Below, in pieces: positions 21,452 to 34,980 of a DNA stretch of 64,000 bases. The notes beneath the pieces were generated by a model. That model ran no database searches and had not been told where the DNA came from. It saw only the letters and a list, made by a program, of their open reading frames with translations. Position numbers and translations under genes: made by a program. This DNA is from Mizuhopecten yessoensis (taxonomy: Eukaryota), in NCBI RefSeq assembly GCF_002113885.1, contig NW_018407519.1, positions 855,262-919,261 on the forward strand, given 5' to 3'. Within the stretch, counting starts at the first letter, position 1; every line of letters begins with the position of its first letter.

Positions 21452-24400
21452 ATGGCCGCTTCCATAGAATCCTCAAGTTCGAGCCAAAAGGAAAATAAAT
21501 CAAAAGAGAAAAGGGGTAATGCACCACTAAATCCCGACTACACCCTCAAATCGGCATGTTTAGAAGTAAGTTATTTACTATAAATATCTTTTTAATATCA
21601 CTGAATATTCCAAGAATTATTGTGTTTGCAGTAACACTGCAGCCTCATTGAGTCATTCTAATTATAACTCAACTTTCGTTTTTGATCAAGGGTAAATGTA
21701 CATGAAAGTTATTATTAGCAAAAGCTTATCAATCGAGTCACTGTGAAAGCTGCATATTTCTGGAAACGCTTCAAGAAACGTTATATCCACTCCAAATAAT
21801 ATGAAATATGTGCGACCTAATGAAAATACTGTTTTCTACATAATTTACTTTTTACGTAACACTGTCAGTAAAGTCTATCTATCTAGCTATATGTTATATA
21901 CTCCACAGAGACCAAAATGGTTTTGAAGTGGAGGTAAAATGGTAAACATCTGGTCAGTGCATTAATGCTGATATGACGTTTACCACATCCGATTCAATTT
22001 GTGTAGTTTTTTGTTCGAGGGGGTTGGGTTTGGTTGCAGAGCTCTATTAATTCCATATCCTACCACCTACCCCATTCTAAGGCTGTCATTCGCACCATGT
22101 TCCCCTATTTAAAGCTTCCTGCATTAGTTGATATGGAAACTTTGTTTAAATGTAACAAAAAACAATCCAACTCAAGTCCTGTAAAACACTTATTTTACTA
22201 GCAAATAATATTGAATCCTGGGGCAAGAAACAAAAGCTGGTAGCACTAGGTAACTTGTGCGTAACCTCAAAAAAATGAACGTGATAAACTGTTATATGTT
22301 AGCACAAAGGCATTGTATGCTAGAGTTGTGACCAATGGTTGCATACACACTCCCAAGGGGTACGCAGTCAAACATACAGCTACAATGTAAAACCAAATGT
22401 CAGCATACCAGGTGGTTAGTTTGCATTATCCTTAATGCAACCAGCCAAATTACAGTGAAGTACCCTTTGACCTCCATGGATTGAAAATATTAGCATTCAA
22501 TTTTCCATGACACCAACCAAATATCAAGCACCAACATACGCAGTGATGGTCTAATACCAATAGGTCACAAACCATAACATTCATCAACCCCTGTGAGAGG
22601 TAACAGAAAGATTTAAAAAAAAAAAGAGATAAAAACAAGCCCCATAGAATCTTCAACATCAACTCTCAATCTTTAAAAAACAAGCAATATACATCTACTT
22701 AATTTAAAAGACAAAATAAGACACAATTATTGGGACACAGTCAAAGACTCTGAAGTGTCTGCTCAGACAACTTCAAAGTATACAGAAATGATAGTCAAAA
22801 AATACTAAATTATAAAAGAGGAGGAGTCTCTGTGGCCATTGCGATCGTTATATCAGTGATGAGGTTCATGTTATCTCCTTATGGTAACACCACAGAAATT
22901 GTGTGGACAAAACTTAATACTGTTGGTAAGAAATCATTGTATATTGCATCATTCTACAACCCAGAGACATAACAGTTTATGAGGTCTTGAAACCTCCCTC
23001 AGAAAAGCAGTTGGTCTAAACAATGCAGTAATCATAGTCAGTGGTGACTTCAACAAGGTCTGTCAACCAAACACAGACCATCCCCAGGTCCACTATGATT
23101 TTGCTGACCTACTAGATAAAACTGGCCGACCACAAATAATAGAACAACCAACTAGAAATGGAAACACTTTGGACCTTACCATCACAAACCTACCAAATCA
23201 ATTTTCACATTCTGAAGTCATGCCAGGTGTATTTGACCATGGCATAGAGTTTTGTGAATTCATTACTTATTATGGTTTATATTCGCAAATGATACTTTGG
23301 ATATAACATGTTGATAACATGTTTGGAATTATAACCCTGAGTTGACAGTTTGATACTTTGAACATTTTGAGTCAGCCCTACCTCTAAGGGCTGTAGGGCG
23401 GGGCCCAAAGGAGTCAGTGTGCTAAGAATTTTGTTTTGTTTAGAATCAGAGGTGCTAGTTTCAAATACTTTTCAGTCTTAAATCTGTATGCTAGATATTG
23501 AATAAGGTGGTTTTATTGTTTTTTTTATGACTTTGAATAATATTTCTGTTCATGTTTAAAAAAAAAATCTTTGTATAAATATATCAGAACTCAGGTGACC
23601 GCTAATACATGGGCCTCTTGTTTTCCTAAATAAACATCTGTGTTAAGTTTGCAAGAGTTAGAATATACTGATATACCACTCTCAATATCTCATAATAAAT
23701 GGATTTCTTAAAAAAGATATTATGTTTTCAACAAGAGAAACACACAAATTATTCTTACTGATTATATTGGATAATTGTCAATTGTATGCAACTGATCAGC
23801 AACAATAAAAAATGGAACTGATTCAAATCACAGGTTAAAAATCTAAATTTTATAATTATCGTGAACATAATCTGCTAAAATGATTCAAAATATAAAATCA
23901 AGGATGATGTGTCGTATTTGAAAGAAAGTATAGTATAGTATGTCAATAAGGGGAAAGTCTGCCCTGGCACCAGTTCACAAAAATAAACACATTCAGAGGA
24001 GACAACTTCCCCTTTGTATATGATACATGTGATATGTTTTCTTGTCAATTAGAAGTCGTCTCCCCTTGCTCACTTACACATGTATTCAGGAAGCTAATAT
24101 AATGTATCATTCTAACAAGCTATTTCTAGTTAATTCTTGAGCTAAATGTAACTTAATATATGTTAATTGTTTTGGTAAATATGATTAATGTAATTTGCAT
24201 GTAAAAAAATGGATGTATGTTAATTTATTTAATAAATATAATTACCTGGTAATGTAATTTATATGTAACATAATGGATGTATGTTAATTTATTTAATAAA
24301 TATGATTAATGTAATTTACATGTAACATCATGGATGTATGTTAATTTATTTAATAAATATAATTAATGTAATTTGCATGTAACATTATGGATGTATGTTT

Positions 24401-27400
24401 ATTTATTTGATAAATGTAATTAATGTAATTTGCATGTAACATAATGGATGTATGTTAATTTATTTAATAAATATAATTAATGTAATTTGCATGTAACATC
24501 ATGGATGTTTATGTGCTTGGTTGGATCGTCATGTCATCATGACAGCAAGTCATACTCCATTTAGCATATTCCGTCTTTGCGTATTGCAGAGTTATCTTCT
24601 CTTGGGAGCTGGTATTCATTGTTACGTCACTTGTTTGTGAGAGTAACGTCATCAATTTTTGAGAAAACGACGTATTTTTCTCACACAAACCAATGACGTA
24701 ACAATTAATACCTGCTCCCAAGAGAAAATAACTCTGCAATACGCAAAGACGGAATAAGTACATTTGGTTAATTTTTGGTTTGTTAAGATTATTATTTCAT
24801 AGACATGAACTTTCATGTTTTAGGTATTTCTCTTATAAAACTTGAATTCCATTAACTAGCTTTAGTTGTTTTTTTTTCTTTGTCACTTTTAGTCAACTGA
24901 GACAGACTAGAACTAGTGATGGTGTTTTTATGGAAAGTTTGTGATATTTACATTAATCACAAGGTACTGTATATAGGCCAAATATATAAACCTTGTTATA
25001 TTGCTATCATTTGTTCAGCAAAATTTTGGCATTATGAAGGGGTTGGGCAATTCGTTGAACTAGACATATAGAGGAATTGTGTTTAGAAAAATATCAGGAG
25101 GTTTTGTAACATGTTATAGGTCTAGGTGGAAAACGGCAACTGAAACAAGGTACATTTAGTAGCATTGCATACTTCATATATATACAAGAGGGGCATTGTG
25201 TGAAAGGTTTTCCTGTATATGGACGAAGGGCATTTGTACATCAAAGATTACTATATTCAAATGATAGGCACCCAAAAGATAGAGGTTTTGCTAAAATTAT
25301 GAATTAAGGGTCAATATAAGAAGGTTTTACAGTATATATATGTATGAGGGGCATTATACCATATTAAGGTTTTACTGTAAGCAAAGTTTAAATAGGTTCT
25401 TATTGTAGTTGTAATTGTTGCAGAACTACTCTTGCTATGATTTATACAAACATTGATATTGAAGTTGAAACAAATTAAAGGCTGCCATATTTGTTACTTT
25501 CCTTCATCAGAACCAGACGATTCACTGTGTAAGAGTTTGTCTGATGAACCCAGCTATAGTCTAGTGTGTTGAGTTAAAAGCTACTGGTGTGCTCTCCTGG
25601 GTTATAAATCCAGAAAATTAGGCAAAGCTTGTTAATGGTAACCTTATAAACACCTTTGCCAGTTTTAACCTCACTGTTCTGACAAAGTGAGTTAAAATCC
25701 TTCTGCACTGATATGTACAACACATTCAAATAATTTAATCACATATTTCTTGTTTTTATTTTGTAGGAGGGTAAGATCAGTTTGGATTGCATAAGACGTC
25801 ATAATTTCAAAGATAATTCCCAGTGTGAGAGTGAGTTTCAAAACTACAGAAATTGTAAAGCATTTTGGGTAAGTTTTATTAATCTAGCCTGATCATCTGT
25901 TCCCCCTTAGACAGGACATTTTAGGGGCTTACATATAATACAAGACAAATGTCTGTTCTTTATACCCTTGTGATCCAAAACTGATCCCAAAATTGATATA
26001 TTCAATGCTTTAAGTTTAACTCCACACATGCTGACCTCCTGTGCTAGCCTATAGCTACACACACAGAATATTAGCTTCAGATTAGCTAGGTATTTTTATC
26101 TATTGTGTCATTGACATTTGACGGTCTGTAATTGGTTCTAGACAAGAAACAACTTCTCTTAATATTTATTGAATTCATCCAGACATGCTTGTATACTATA
26201 TATAATTACTCAGGTTAAATAAAGAGATGGGAACCTGCCTGTATGTTATTTGGTTACCAATTCTTACTCAGTATTGACAGGCTACTTCATTCTGGACGAT
26301 AACCTTTCTAAATAGCAATGGACTTTGATATAGTCTGGTATACATTTGTGTAATTCAAATGTAGTTTTGTCAAAATTAGGCCATTTTGAAATATGCTCCC
26401 TACTTTACCCCACATATCTCTCAACTAACCTTAATTATTATTTCCAGAGATTATCTTAGAATCCAAAAGAGGAATCTTTTGAAAATGACGTGTTGATACA
26501 CTTTGATATTTAGATATTGACTAACGGTTTAAAAACTTTCCACGGTCAAGGTCACTGTTACAAAAAATAGACCATAGGGGATCAGATGGTCCTTATCTTA
26601 GAATCCAAAAGCCTAATGTTTTTGAAATATTGAATGTTGATTCAAATGGTGACACACTGTGATATTTAGTGGTGCAATATGAGTTTAAAATGTTTCCAAG
26701 GTCAAGGGCACTGTTACTAAAAATAGATCCCTGATATTTGAATCCAATAGACCCATCTTTTTAAAACATTCCATGGATATTATCATATATAAACACTGTA
26801 ATAATTAGGTGTGCAATAGGGGTTTAAAAATTCTAAGGTCGAGATCAAGGTCACTGTTACTAAAAATAGACCTTTGGGGATACAGTCCTTATTGCAGAAT
26901 CTGAAAGACTAATTTGACAAGGTGATACACTGTGCTTATGTAGATGTGCAAAGGGTTTTTTAAACGTTTTAAAGGTCATTGGTCAAATTCAAGTTAACTC
27001 TCACTTAATGTCAAATCATGATGGCATGACCCAAAGGTATATTAATGCAATATTAGTAAAATTGATTGGGGATAGCTACCGAAAGGCCAAATTTGGAACA
27101 CATCCTTCGCTTAAAATGCTGTTATTTGTACTAAAGGAGTAAGTGGGCCCCAAACCCTCTGCCCCCATGTTGGCTGCACCATATGTTTATTAAACATTGA
27201 GCCTCCTTAGCCCAACAAACCTGCAAAAGCAGATTAAATTAGATTCAGATCCCTTAATCCATACTACTGACTGAGTAGGATTACCGTAAGAATCTTTCTT
27301 ACCATTGAGCCTCCTGTTGGCCCAACATGTCCCAGGCCAAATTTAATCAAATACCACTCAGCTGTTCTGGACAAGTAGTGTTTTAAAGTAAAAAAAATAC

Positions 27401-27882
27401 ATAGACACTGCACCATTAATGTCTATTTCATTATTCAGAGCACAGGAGGTCAAAGGTTATAATACAGCACCTACAGTTACGATATAAACTGTATACATGT
27501 CCACTGCCATCAAAGTGGATGGTGTGCTGTATCCTGACTATTTACATAATATTACCACTAAATTGATAAATCTCTGATCTGCTGTGAACTGAGGTGGCTG
27601 TTTTTAGGGGCCTTGTGCCTCTTGTTTTTCAAAGTGTGAGAGCTGGAGCTAGAATTTGTTAAACTAAAATCACTACAAAGTGCTAAAGAATGTGACACAT
27701 AATATCTAGTTGATTATGTTTTTGTACAACCTGTGTGTTTATTCTATTTTCAGACTAAGGTTCAATGGCGTCGGTTTTGGAAAGGAGATAGGCCTACGTT
27801 ACCCCTTCCAGAAGATCGCGAGCAGGCTAGAAAAGACTATGCAGATATCATGGAGAAAGTGATGGCTAAAAGTCAAAAATAA
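21452..27882 (+). CDS. CHCHD7: CHCHD7/COX23-like twin-CX9C mitochondrial intermembrane-space protein, 114 aa; join(21452..21565,25767..25868,27754..27882)
   Basis: MAASIESSSSSQKENKSKEKRGNAPLNPDYTLKSACLE|EGKISLDCIRRHNFKDNSQCESEFQNYRNCKAFW|TKVQWRRFWKGDRPTLPLPEDREQARKDYADIMEKVMAKSQK*. Exact CX9C-CX9C spacing; Y.NC..FW...RR..G..P.P...ER pattern of CHCHD7; both introns GT-AG, phase 0. Confidence 0.92.
22700..23270 (+). mobile_element. Decayed non-LTR retrotransposon fragment (APE endonuclease region) in CHCHD7 intron 1
   Basis: Frameshifted RGGVSVAI, EIVWTKL..LYIASFYNP, IIVSGDFN, IIEQPTRNGNTLDLTITN, GVFDH motifs. Confidence 0.85.
24176..24508. repeat. ~57-bp AT-rich tandem minisatellite (~6 copies)
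   Basis: Unit TAATGTAATTTGCATGTAACATAATGGATGTATGTTAATTTATTTAATAAATATAAT. Confidence 0.9.
24567..24756. mobile_element. 190-bp near-perfect foldback (palindromic MITE)
   Basis: Arms TATTCCGTCTTTGCGTATTGCAGAGTTATCTTCTCTTGGGAGCTGGTATTCATTGTTACGTCA and its reverse complement, 3 mismatches over 63 bp. Confidence 0.85.
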
Positions 27883-28059
27883 TAAGCCAGAAACATAGTG
27901 TTTAGTTTACATTTGTTCAAAGACAGGGCCTGAAGGCTGTGATATAGTATATGGCAAGATGGCATCCACCAGCCTGTTCTTAGTGACAGATACTGTTTTT
28001 GAATGAAAGTCTGCCTATCAGGTCGTTTAGAATGTATGCTTGGAGTTTTTACAGATTAC

Positions 28060-28065
28060 AATAAA
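28060..28065 (+). terminator. Likely CHCHD7 polyadenylation signal
   Basis: AATAAA ~180 nt after the stop codon. Confidence 0.55.
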
Positions 28066-28329
28066 AAGACAATCACCTTCTAAAAACTTTTTAAATTTGA
28101 AGGTTTTCTAATGTGTGGGAATTCTTCAAGCTTTCATGATCACATGATAGTAATTAACAGGATCAAGGGTTGTTTAAACAAGAGTGATACAAATTTGCTC
28201 AAGAAAGATAGCATTTCATGCAAGTACATTTTGTAATTAACTAACACAAGATAGCAGTTAACATAGATATTTTTGTTAAAAAGGCATCAGTTCTAACATA
28301 GATATTTTTGTTAAAAAGGCATCAGTTCA

Positions 28330-29500
28330 GCTAAATCTACTTAGAAAATTGAAATACCTTGTCGACCGCCAAACACTCCAACAAATGTATTTTACTTTTA
28401 TAAGACCAGCAATAGAATACAGGGATATCATTTGCGAAAATTTTACAAACTTACAATCACAAATGATAGAAAATATACAACTTGAAGCGGCATGAATTGT
28501 AACTGGGGGCGCCTATATATATATAGCTAACTCACTAGCCACTTCAACCTTTGCAAAGAAACGGGACGGCAATCACTCACATGTAGACACAAACACAAAA
28601 TAATACATTTATATCAAATATCACAATACCCCACCATATCTTCCAGATCGACATTCAAAAATACACCACCAGAAAACTAGAGACACAGATAAATTTCGAC
28701 CTCCACGTTGTAGAACAAATATATAAATTCTTTCTTACCTGCTACTCTCAATCTATGAAATACTCTCCCTGAAGTTATTATAAAAACCCATCTTACTAGA
28801 AATACATCCCAATTACAATCTTATTTTTATTGTGGTACTAGAACAGGACAGATTCACCATGTCAGGCTATGTATGAAATGCTGTTCACTAAATGAGCACC
28901 TGTTCACTAACATGTAGTTGAGAGCCCACTCTGTTATTGTCGCGTGGCAAATGAAACAAGCGAACAATATCTATTGCTTTGTCATAATTATGAACGTATT
29001 AGACCAGTAAGTTTTGCATCTATCCAAAATCAGCTTTCTGTCGAAGTTTTACTGTTTAGTGACAACAATCTATCTTACATACAAAATAAAAATATATTTA
29101 AATGTGTACAATGTTTCATTATTAAATCAAATCGATTTGTATAAGTTTCATATGAAAACTCATGTTTGCGGCTTGCATTGTCTTGTGAAGTAGCTAATAA
29201 TTAAGCGTCTATGTAAATTGTAGCTATTTTTGTTGTGGTACACTATTTGTTTGTTTCCTTCTGAATATGACATCAGTTTCAAATTTTCTTTTCCTCTTTC
29301 ACTCCCCTTTATCTTTACATTCTCCTACTTCTACACGGTATAAAACTATTGAAACATGTTGTTGTTGCTACCATTTGTATTCATATTGAGTCAAACTTCC
29401 TTGTGCATGTAATTTCTATGAAGGAAAAAGATTTGTGCAAGTTTTCAAAATTTGTTTGTGAATCCTTTTTCATTGTCAAATTAATCAAATACATGCAATA
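28330..29500 (+). mobile_element. Old 5'-truncated CR1/L2-group LINE (C-terminal part of ORF2 plus 3' tail), heavily decayed
   Basis: LRKLKYLVDRQTLQQMYF.., IRPAIEY.., IENIQLEAA*IVTGG, ANETSEQYLLLCHNY; parallels the element at 33812-34980. Confidence 0.8.
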
Positions 29501-31890
29501 CATTTATTAAATATGAAATAAAACAAAGTAACACAAACTAGCTATTCACACCAGAAAGTAATTCATTTAAGATGGAATTTATCACAAGAAAATGGTTACT
29601 AACACAAGAATTAATTCTAGTAATCGACACAGAAATAATTAACATAAAATCAATAGTAGTTCGCACAAAATATTAATACAAGGTAGTGAAGGGTCATATG
29701 TCGACAGATGGTTAGACCACATAAAGTGCTATAGTCTCACTACCAGCCATAACCTGGACACGGTAGGAGCCATAACCAGTGTGCCTATTTTCTTTTTCAC
29801 CAATGAACCATTGGACAAGTAATTATATAATTGGATGGTCAAGCTGATATGGACTTTAATATATACACTGATAATCTCAGAGAGGAGCAACAGGGCAACC
29901 TGATGTGCAAAGCTAGGGTGCATCAATATACACAGCAAGATAGAAATGAGCTATCCAGACAATATCAGGATTGCCATCCTCTAGCCCAGTGTTAGAGATC
30001 TAAGTCCAATGGGTTTCCTATGAGACTTTTGATGGCGTCGCAGCATAACATTATTTCTGGTGTTGAGATTATATTTACCTATGCATCAAGCAAATCCTGG
30101 CTTTCTCTGAATACTCTTAATACCTGGGTTGTTGATCTTTTCAATTCAATGTACTGATTTAAAGGAAATATATATAAAAAAAACCCAACATATTTTCAGA
30201 AAAAAATAGATTATTAATCACACCAACACATGACATCAGAAATACAACACATCATTATCACAGGTCTTTCTCGTGACAATTCCTCTCTTGACTGGAATCG
30301 GTACCATTCACATTTTCTGTTTTTCTGTCAATATTGCTCCATGGCATGGGATGTTCCACGACCTGTCAAAAAATAATATTTTATTTCAAAAGCCTGGTTA
30401 CCTTCGGAGAAATATTTGTTTCTTATAGTTCCTATTGAAGTGACTTCAAAAAAGGCAACGCGCAATCATTGCTTTGTCGAAAATGAGAAATTTATGGAGG
30501 ATGTGATTCTGCTCAGAAATATGATTATAACAATTTCAAAGCCCTGCCTTAACCCAATCCAAATTCCTCTTCATATTTGTAAATATCTGGACAGAAAATA
30601 ATACACCATGCCCATACATAATTTCTACACAACAAGGCAACGTTTGTAAGTACCGGGTAGATTAAATCATACACAAAAACACCGAGGTGTGCGACAGCCT
30701 CGGTGAGGTAACCCAACATTGTCACGACATAGTCCTGGATAGTCAGTAAACAACTTCCTTCACTCAATCTGGATGGAATCATCGAGGCTGATATAAGGAA
30801 GTATGTTTTTGAGCGATATTTCAAAATAGGCTACAGATCGCGCCAGGAAATAATTAGTTTCCACCATCGGGTCCGCAATATTTACCATAGTAAATGTTGA
30901 CTTAAATATTACTTTGTAATACATAGCCGCATTTCTCTAACGTGAAGTTTGAAAACAAAAAGAATGTATTAAGTAAAATAATTATATTGCCGTTTGACAA
31001 AAGGGATTGGACATAATGACTTAATGGATAAACTTTAGTTGTCATCTATGTCCATAATAACATCTGTTAAAACTTTGACTTCCCAACACTGCATACTAAC
31101 CATGCCTCGTGCTATAATACCAAAAGCACGTCACACTATATATGTACACTTAGATAACGAGATGACAATTGAATCGGACAAGTCAACCCGGATACGTATG
31201 GTCTAGCACCTGGTCCTTGTGTAAGACATTTACCAACGTGGGAAAAAAACTTCGAAATAAACGTTTCAGAGTTTCAAATATCGGTCATTTTTGTTTCAAC
31301 TTGGCAAACGCAGATACCTCGTTTTATTGTTAACACAAGGGACTTGATTGTTAAACATACGCTTCCAGCAAGAGAGAAAAAAAGATGGTGATTGTTCGCA
31401 TGATACATGTTTCGGTCGACAAAGTTCTGCTAATTGTTTCAACAGACTGTCAGTATTTGAATCTTGAGGTTTCATAGGAACCACTTTTAGCCAAAATGCA
31501 TGAGGAAATTTAATTTATATCAAGGTCACTATCCTTTGATACACAATAAGGTATTTTGTTTTTCATTATGCCCATTGGTGTTTCATTTGGTTCCGTTATC
31601 ACTACCCCGGTTATCTTTATGAGAACCTGGCATTACTTTGGGTTTGACGAAGTTCGACATGTCGTGTGATGTCGATAATTACAAGATACTGATTACCCTT
31701 TCGGAACACTTCGTGTTATATTTTCCGTGTAAGCCATGGGTATGTGTGTGTACATATTTTTCTGTTCCTAATGTTGGCCTACTAGATTAATGCATGTTGA
31801 GTCTGAATCGCTGTTTTGTTTCCGGTGTTCTCCTGCTTTCTTACCAAGAAGATAGAAATTACTTGCGTAAACTTTATTTTCAAGAAATTG

Positions 31891-32120
31891 AATTAAAGAT
31901 ACTACTATTCAAGAGAGTATACAACAAAATATAATTAAAGATACTACTATTCAAGAGAGTATACAACAAAATATAATTAAAGATACTACTATTCAAGAGA
32001 GTATACAACAAAATATAATTAAAGATACTACTATTCAAGAGAGTATACAACAAAATATAATTAAAGATACTACTATTCAAGAGAGTATACAACAAAATAT
32101 AATTAAAGATACTACTATTC
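31891..32120. repeat. Perfect 42-bp tandem repeat (~5.5 copies)
   Basis: Unit TTAAAGATACTACTATTCAAGAGAGTATACAACAAAATATAA. Confidence 0.95.
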
Positions 32121-33811
32121 ATTTGGCTTCAGTTTATATTTTGATATTGACCTAAAAAGTACGGTTCAATACAAAACTCATCGATAACAAATTCATAATT
32201 TATTTCGCGATCGATAGCATCCCTTCTTTAAGGAGTTTACATGACATAATTGATTCACAGTTCCAAAGCCAGTTTTGAGTATCTGTGTTTATCTCGATAG
32301 ATACGTCAAGTTGACCGATATACTATTTAGGTAAGGTTTTACGACCATATTTTTTATCTAAGCGATTTAGATGTATACTTTGATTGCACATTAGCTACAT
32401 ATAAAGTAGAGTATGAGTGACCTAGATACCTCCCTTGATTTGACATCTTGACAGATGCCACATGTGGTTCCCTACCAGAACACTAAAATTCACCTCCAAG
32501 TTTTGTTTGGGATAATGTTTTCTTCCCTTTTGTTTTGGTGCTACCTCATTTCCGGTTGCTGTCTTTTGTTAAAGACTTTGATTAAAGGTTTTGTCCTCTT
32601 GTATAAATAAAGATGTGGTACATTTTCTTCAGATTTTATTTGTAAACTTTGTTAGATATAATTGATTTTTCCTTTATTGATTTACAATCTTTAATGTTTA
32701 ATCAAACAAAACTATCGACCATCCGAGCGACCTTTATGTGATAGCGGTTCTCAAGACCTCGTTTTTTCACACCACCTAATAAATTATGCATATCAACCGG
32801 AATACGATATTAGCAGTCGAAAGGATATACATCGGAGTTAGAAAGATTAAAGGTTTTTAGGTGCGGTCGTCTGCTCAAGAATTAAATAGATTAAAGGTTT
32901 AGATGTTCGGTCGTCTGCTCAAGAGTTAGTATTCTGCGTTAGTCTTGCAAAATATCGACGACACTTTGAGACTGTGTGGAGATGCTTGACTGCAATCACC
33001 TGCCCATGCTGGAGTATTGATTCTGCATATGAATAATTCCAAACACTTAAGATTAAGATTATTCTACGCAAACAACCATCTCATAACACCGTTCACGTAC
33101 TTTGAATCGGCTACATTGTGTAGATACAAGAAACTAATAACAGAGGATTGGAACGGGAACGGTGTCGCCCATAACTTCCACTAGTCATGAATAATTCAAC
33201 CAGGGTTTTGCTACATAGCTTGTATGTAGTGATGCAGGTTTTGGATATTGTTTACTTTGTATATTGCATTGTTAAAAAAAACCCAAAATAGCGCGGATAT
33301 GTATAGCTTACTGAAATATCATTGTAGTACAAATATATTTAACTAATCATATCCCCCACAGCTCCCCCAAAACATTGATATTAACCTGATCATGTACACC
33401 GGTCGATAAGTACACCAAGAAACATGATAACAAGATTCTCCTTCTCAATACTCGATATCTATCATACGCCCCAGTGCTGACCCGTATGTAACATATGATA
33501 GTCATGTTTACCATCGTTAGCGCGTCATGAGCAATTATGTAATCTATATAGGGGGAGATCAATTATATCAATGACGTCATCTTTACAAGAGTGAACAAAA
33601 GAACAAATACTCGATATTCGTTTATAAAGAGGGAAGTTATGACAAACAATCATTACCTAAAGGTAGATACAAAGTCGAACACTCGACGGGTCTAAGGGCG
33701 TTACACAGTTTCTGTTTATGAGCAGGGATAAGCGAAAAACAAGATACTTGTTTATAATGAAAGTAACAAGGCCAATAGCTTACTACATGAGGAACGTCAC
33801 GAATGCAAAAT

Positions 33812-34980
33812 TGTGTTGAAAGTCATAAACATTTAGGCGTAATATTTAGTGCAGACGCAAAATGGTCTTTACATATTTACGAAATTCAAAAAACATGCAT
33901 GAAAAAGGTATCAGTACTACGAAAGTTTAAATTACTGTTGAGTAGGAAAACTTTGTTAAGAATATATAAAGCATTTGTGTTGCCTGTGTTGGAATATGCC
34001 TGTGAAGTTTGGGATGGTTGTTCTCTGGCAGATCTAACTAAACTTGAACAAGTTCAGCTTGAAGCAGCAAGAATTATTACTAGCCTACCCTCTTTTTCTA
34101 GTAAACAATCACTGTATCAAGAATCCCAACTTGAACCTCTATCTGAAAGAAGAAAACTTAAGAAACTTTCCCTAGTGTACAAACTCCATAATAATAACAC
34201 CTTCTTATTTAACTAACATTCTTCCTCCTAAAGTATGCGAACGCAATAGCTACAACTAAAGAAATACTGAAAACTACACTGTTCCCAATTTCCGACTGTC
34301 TAGTTCATTCAAATCCTTTATTCCTTCTCCTATAAGACTATGGAACGATTTACCAAATACTGTCAGAGAGCAGCCATCGGTTAACATTTTTAAACCATCG
34401 ATTCAGCGTAACCAAGGTTACTTGTTGCCTATTTTTTTTCATGTAGGAACTCGAAAACTAAATATTTTACATACACGATTGTGTCATTCATGTAGTAGTT
34501 TAAATTATGATTTGTATAGAGTTAATATTGTAGGTGATCCAATGTGTGCATGTGGAAATGAGTGTGAAAATGCAGTCCATTAATTTTTTGATTGTATGCT
34601 GTATATCAGACAAAGACAAATTTTGATTGATAATATCTCACGTTATTGTAATGTTTCTCTAAATGTTATTATGTACGGTTCTCCAAATTTGTCAGATGAA
34701 GACAATGAAAATATCTTCCATATAGTCCAAACCTACATTAAACATAGTAACAGATTTTAAGGTCAGTAGTATTATCCTGTCATCTCTCTTTCTTATTCTT
34801 CTAAATTTCTTTTTCTTCCCTTTTCCCTTCCTTTCTTCTTTGTTCATATATTTTATAAATATATTTGTTGTTGTTGTCATGTAATCAATATAATGAAATG
34901 TATTGGAGAGGGCGTTTCTAAGTTGAGATAACTTGTGCCTAATCTTTTTTGTTGAATGACAAATAAAAAATGTTTAAAAC
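33812..34980 (+). mobile_element. 5'-truncated CR1/L2-group LINE (RT C-terminus plus Cys/His region) with 10-bp TSD
   Basis: HKHLGVIFS..KW..HI, VLPVLEYACEVW, LEQVQLEAARIIT; later CACGNECENAVH*FFDC with stops; AATGCAAAAT at 33802-33811 and 34981-34990. Confidence 0.92.

Noticed and set aside
33803-34216. 137-aa ORF as a host gene
   Set aside because: LINE ORF2 fragment; the Met derives from the TSD and the downstream frame has stops.
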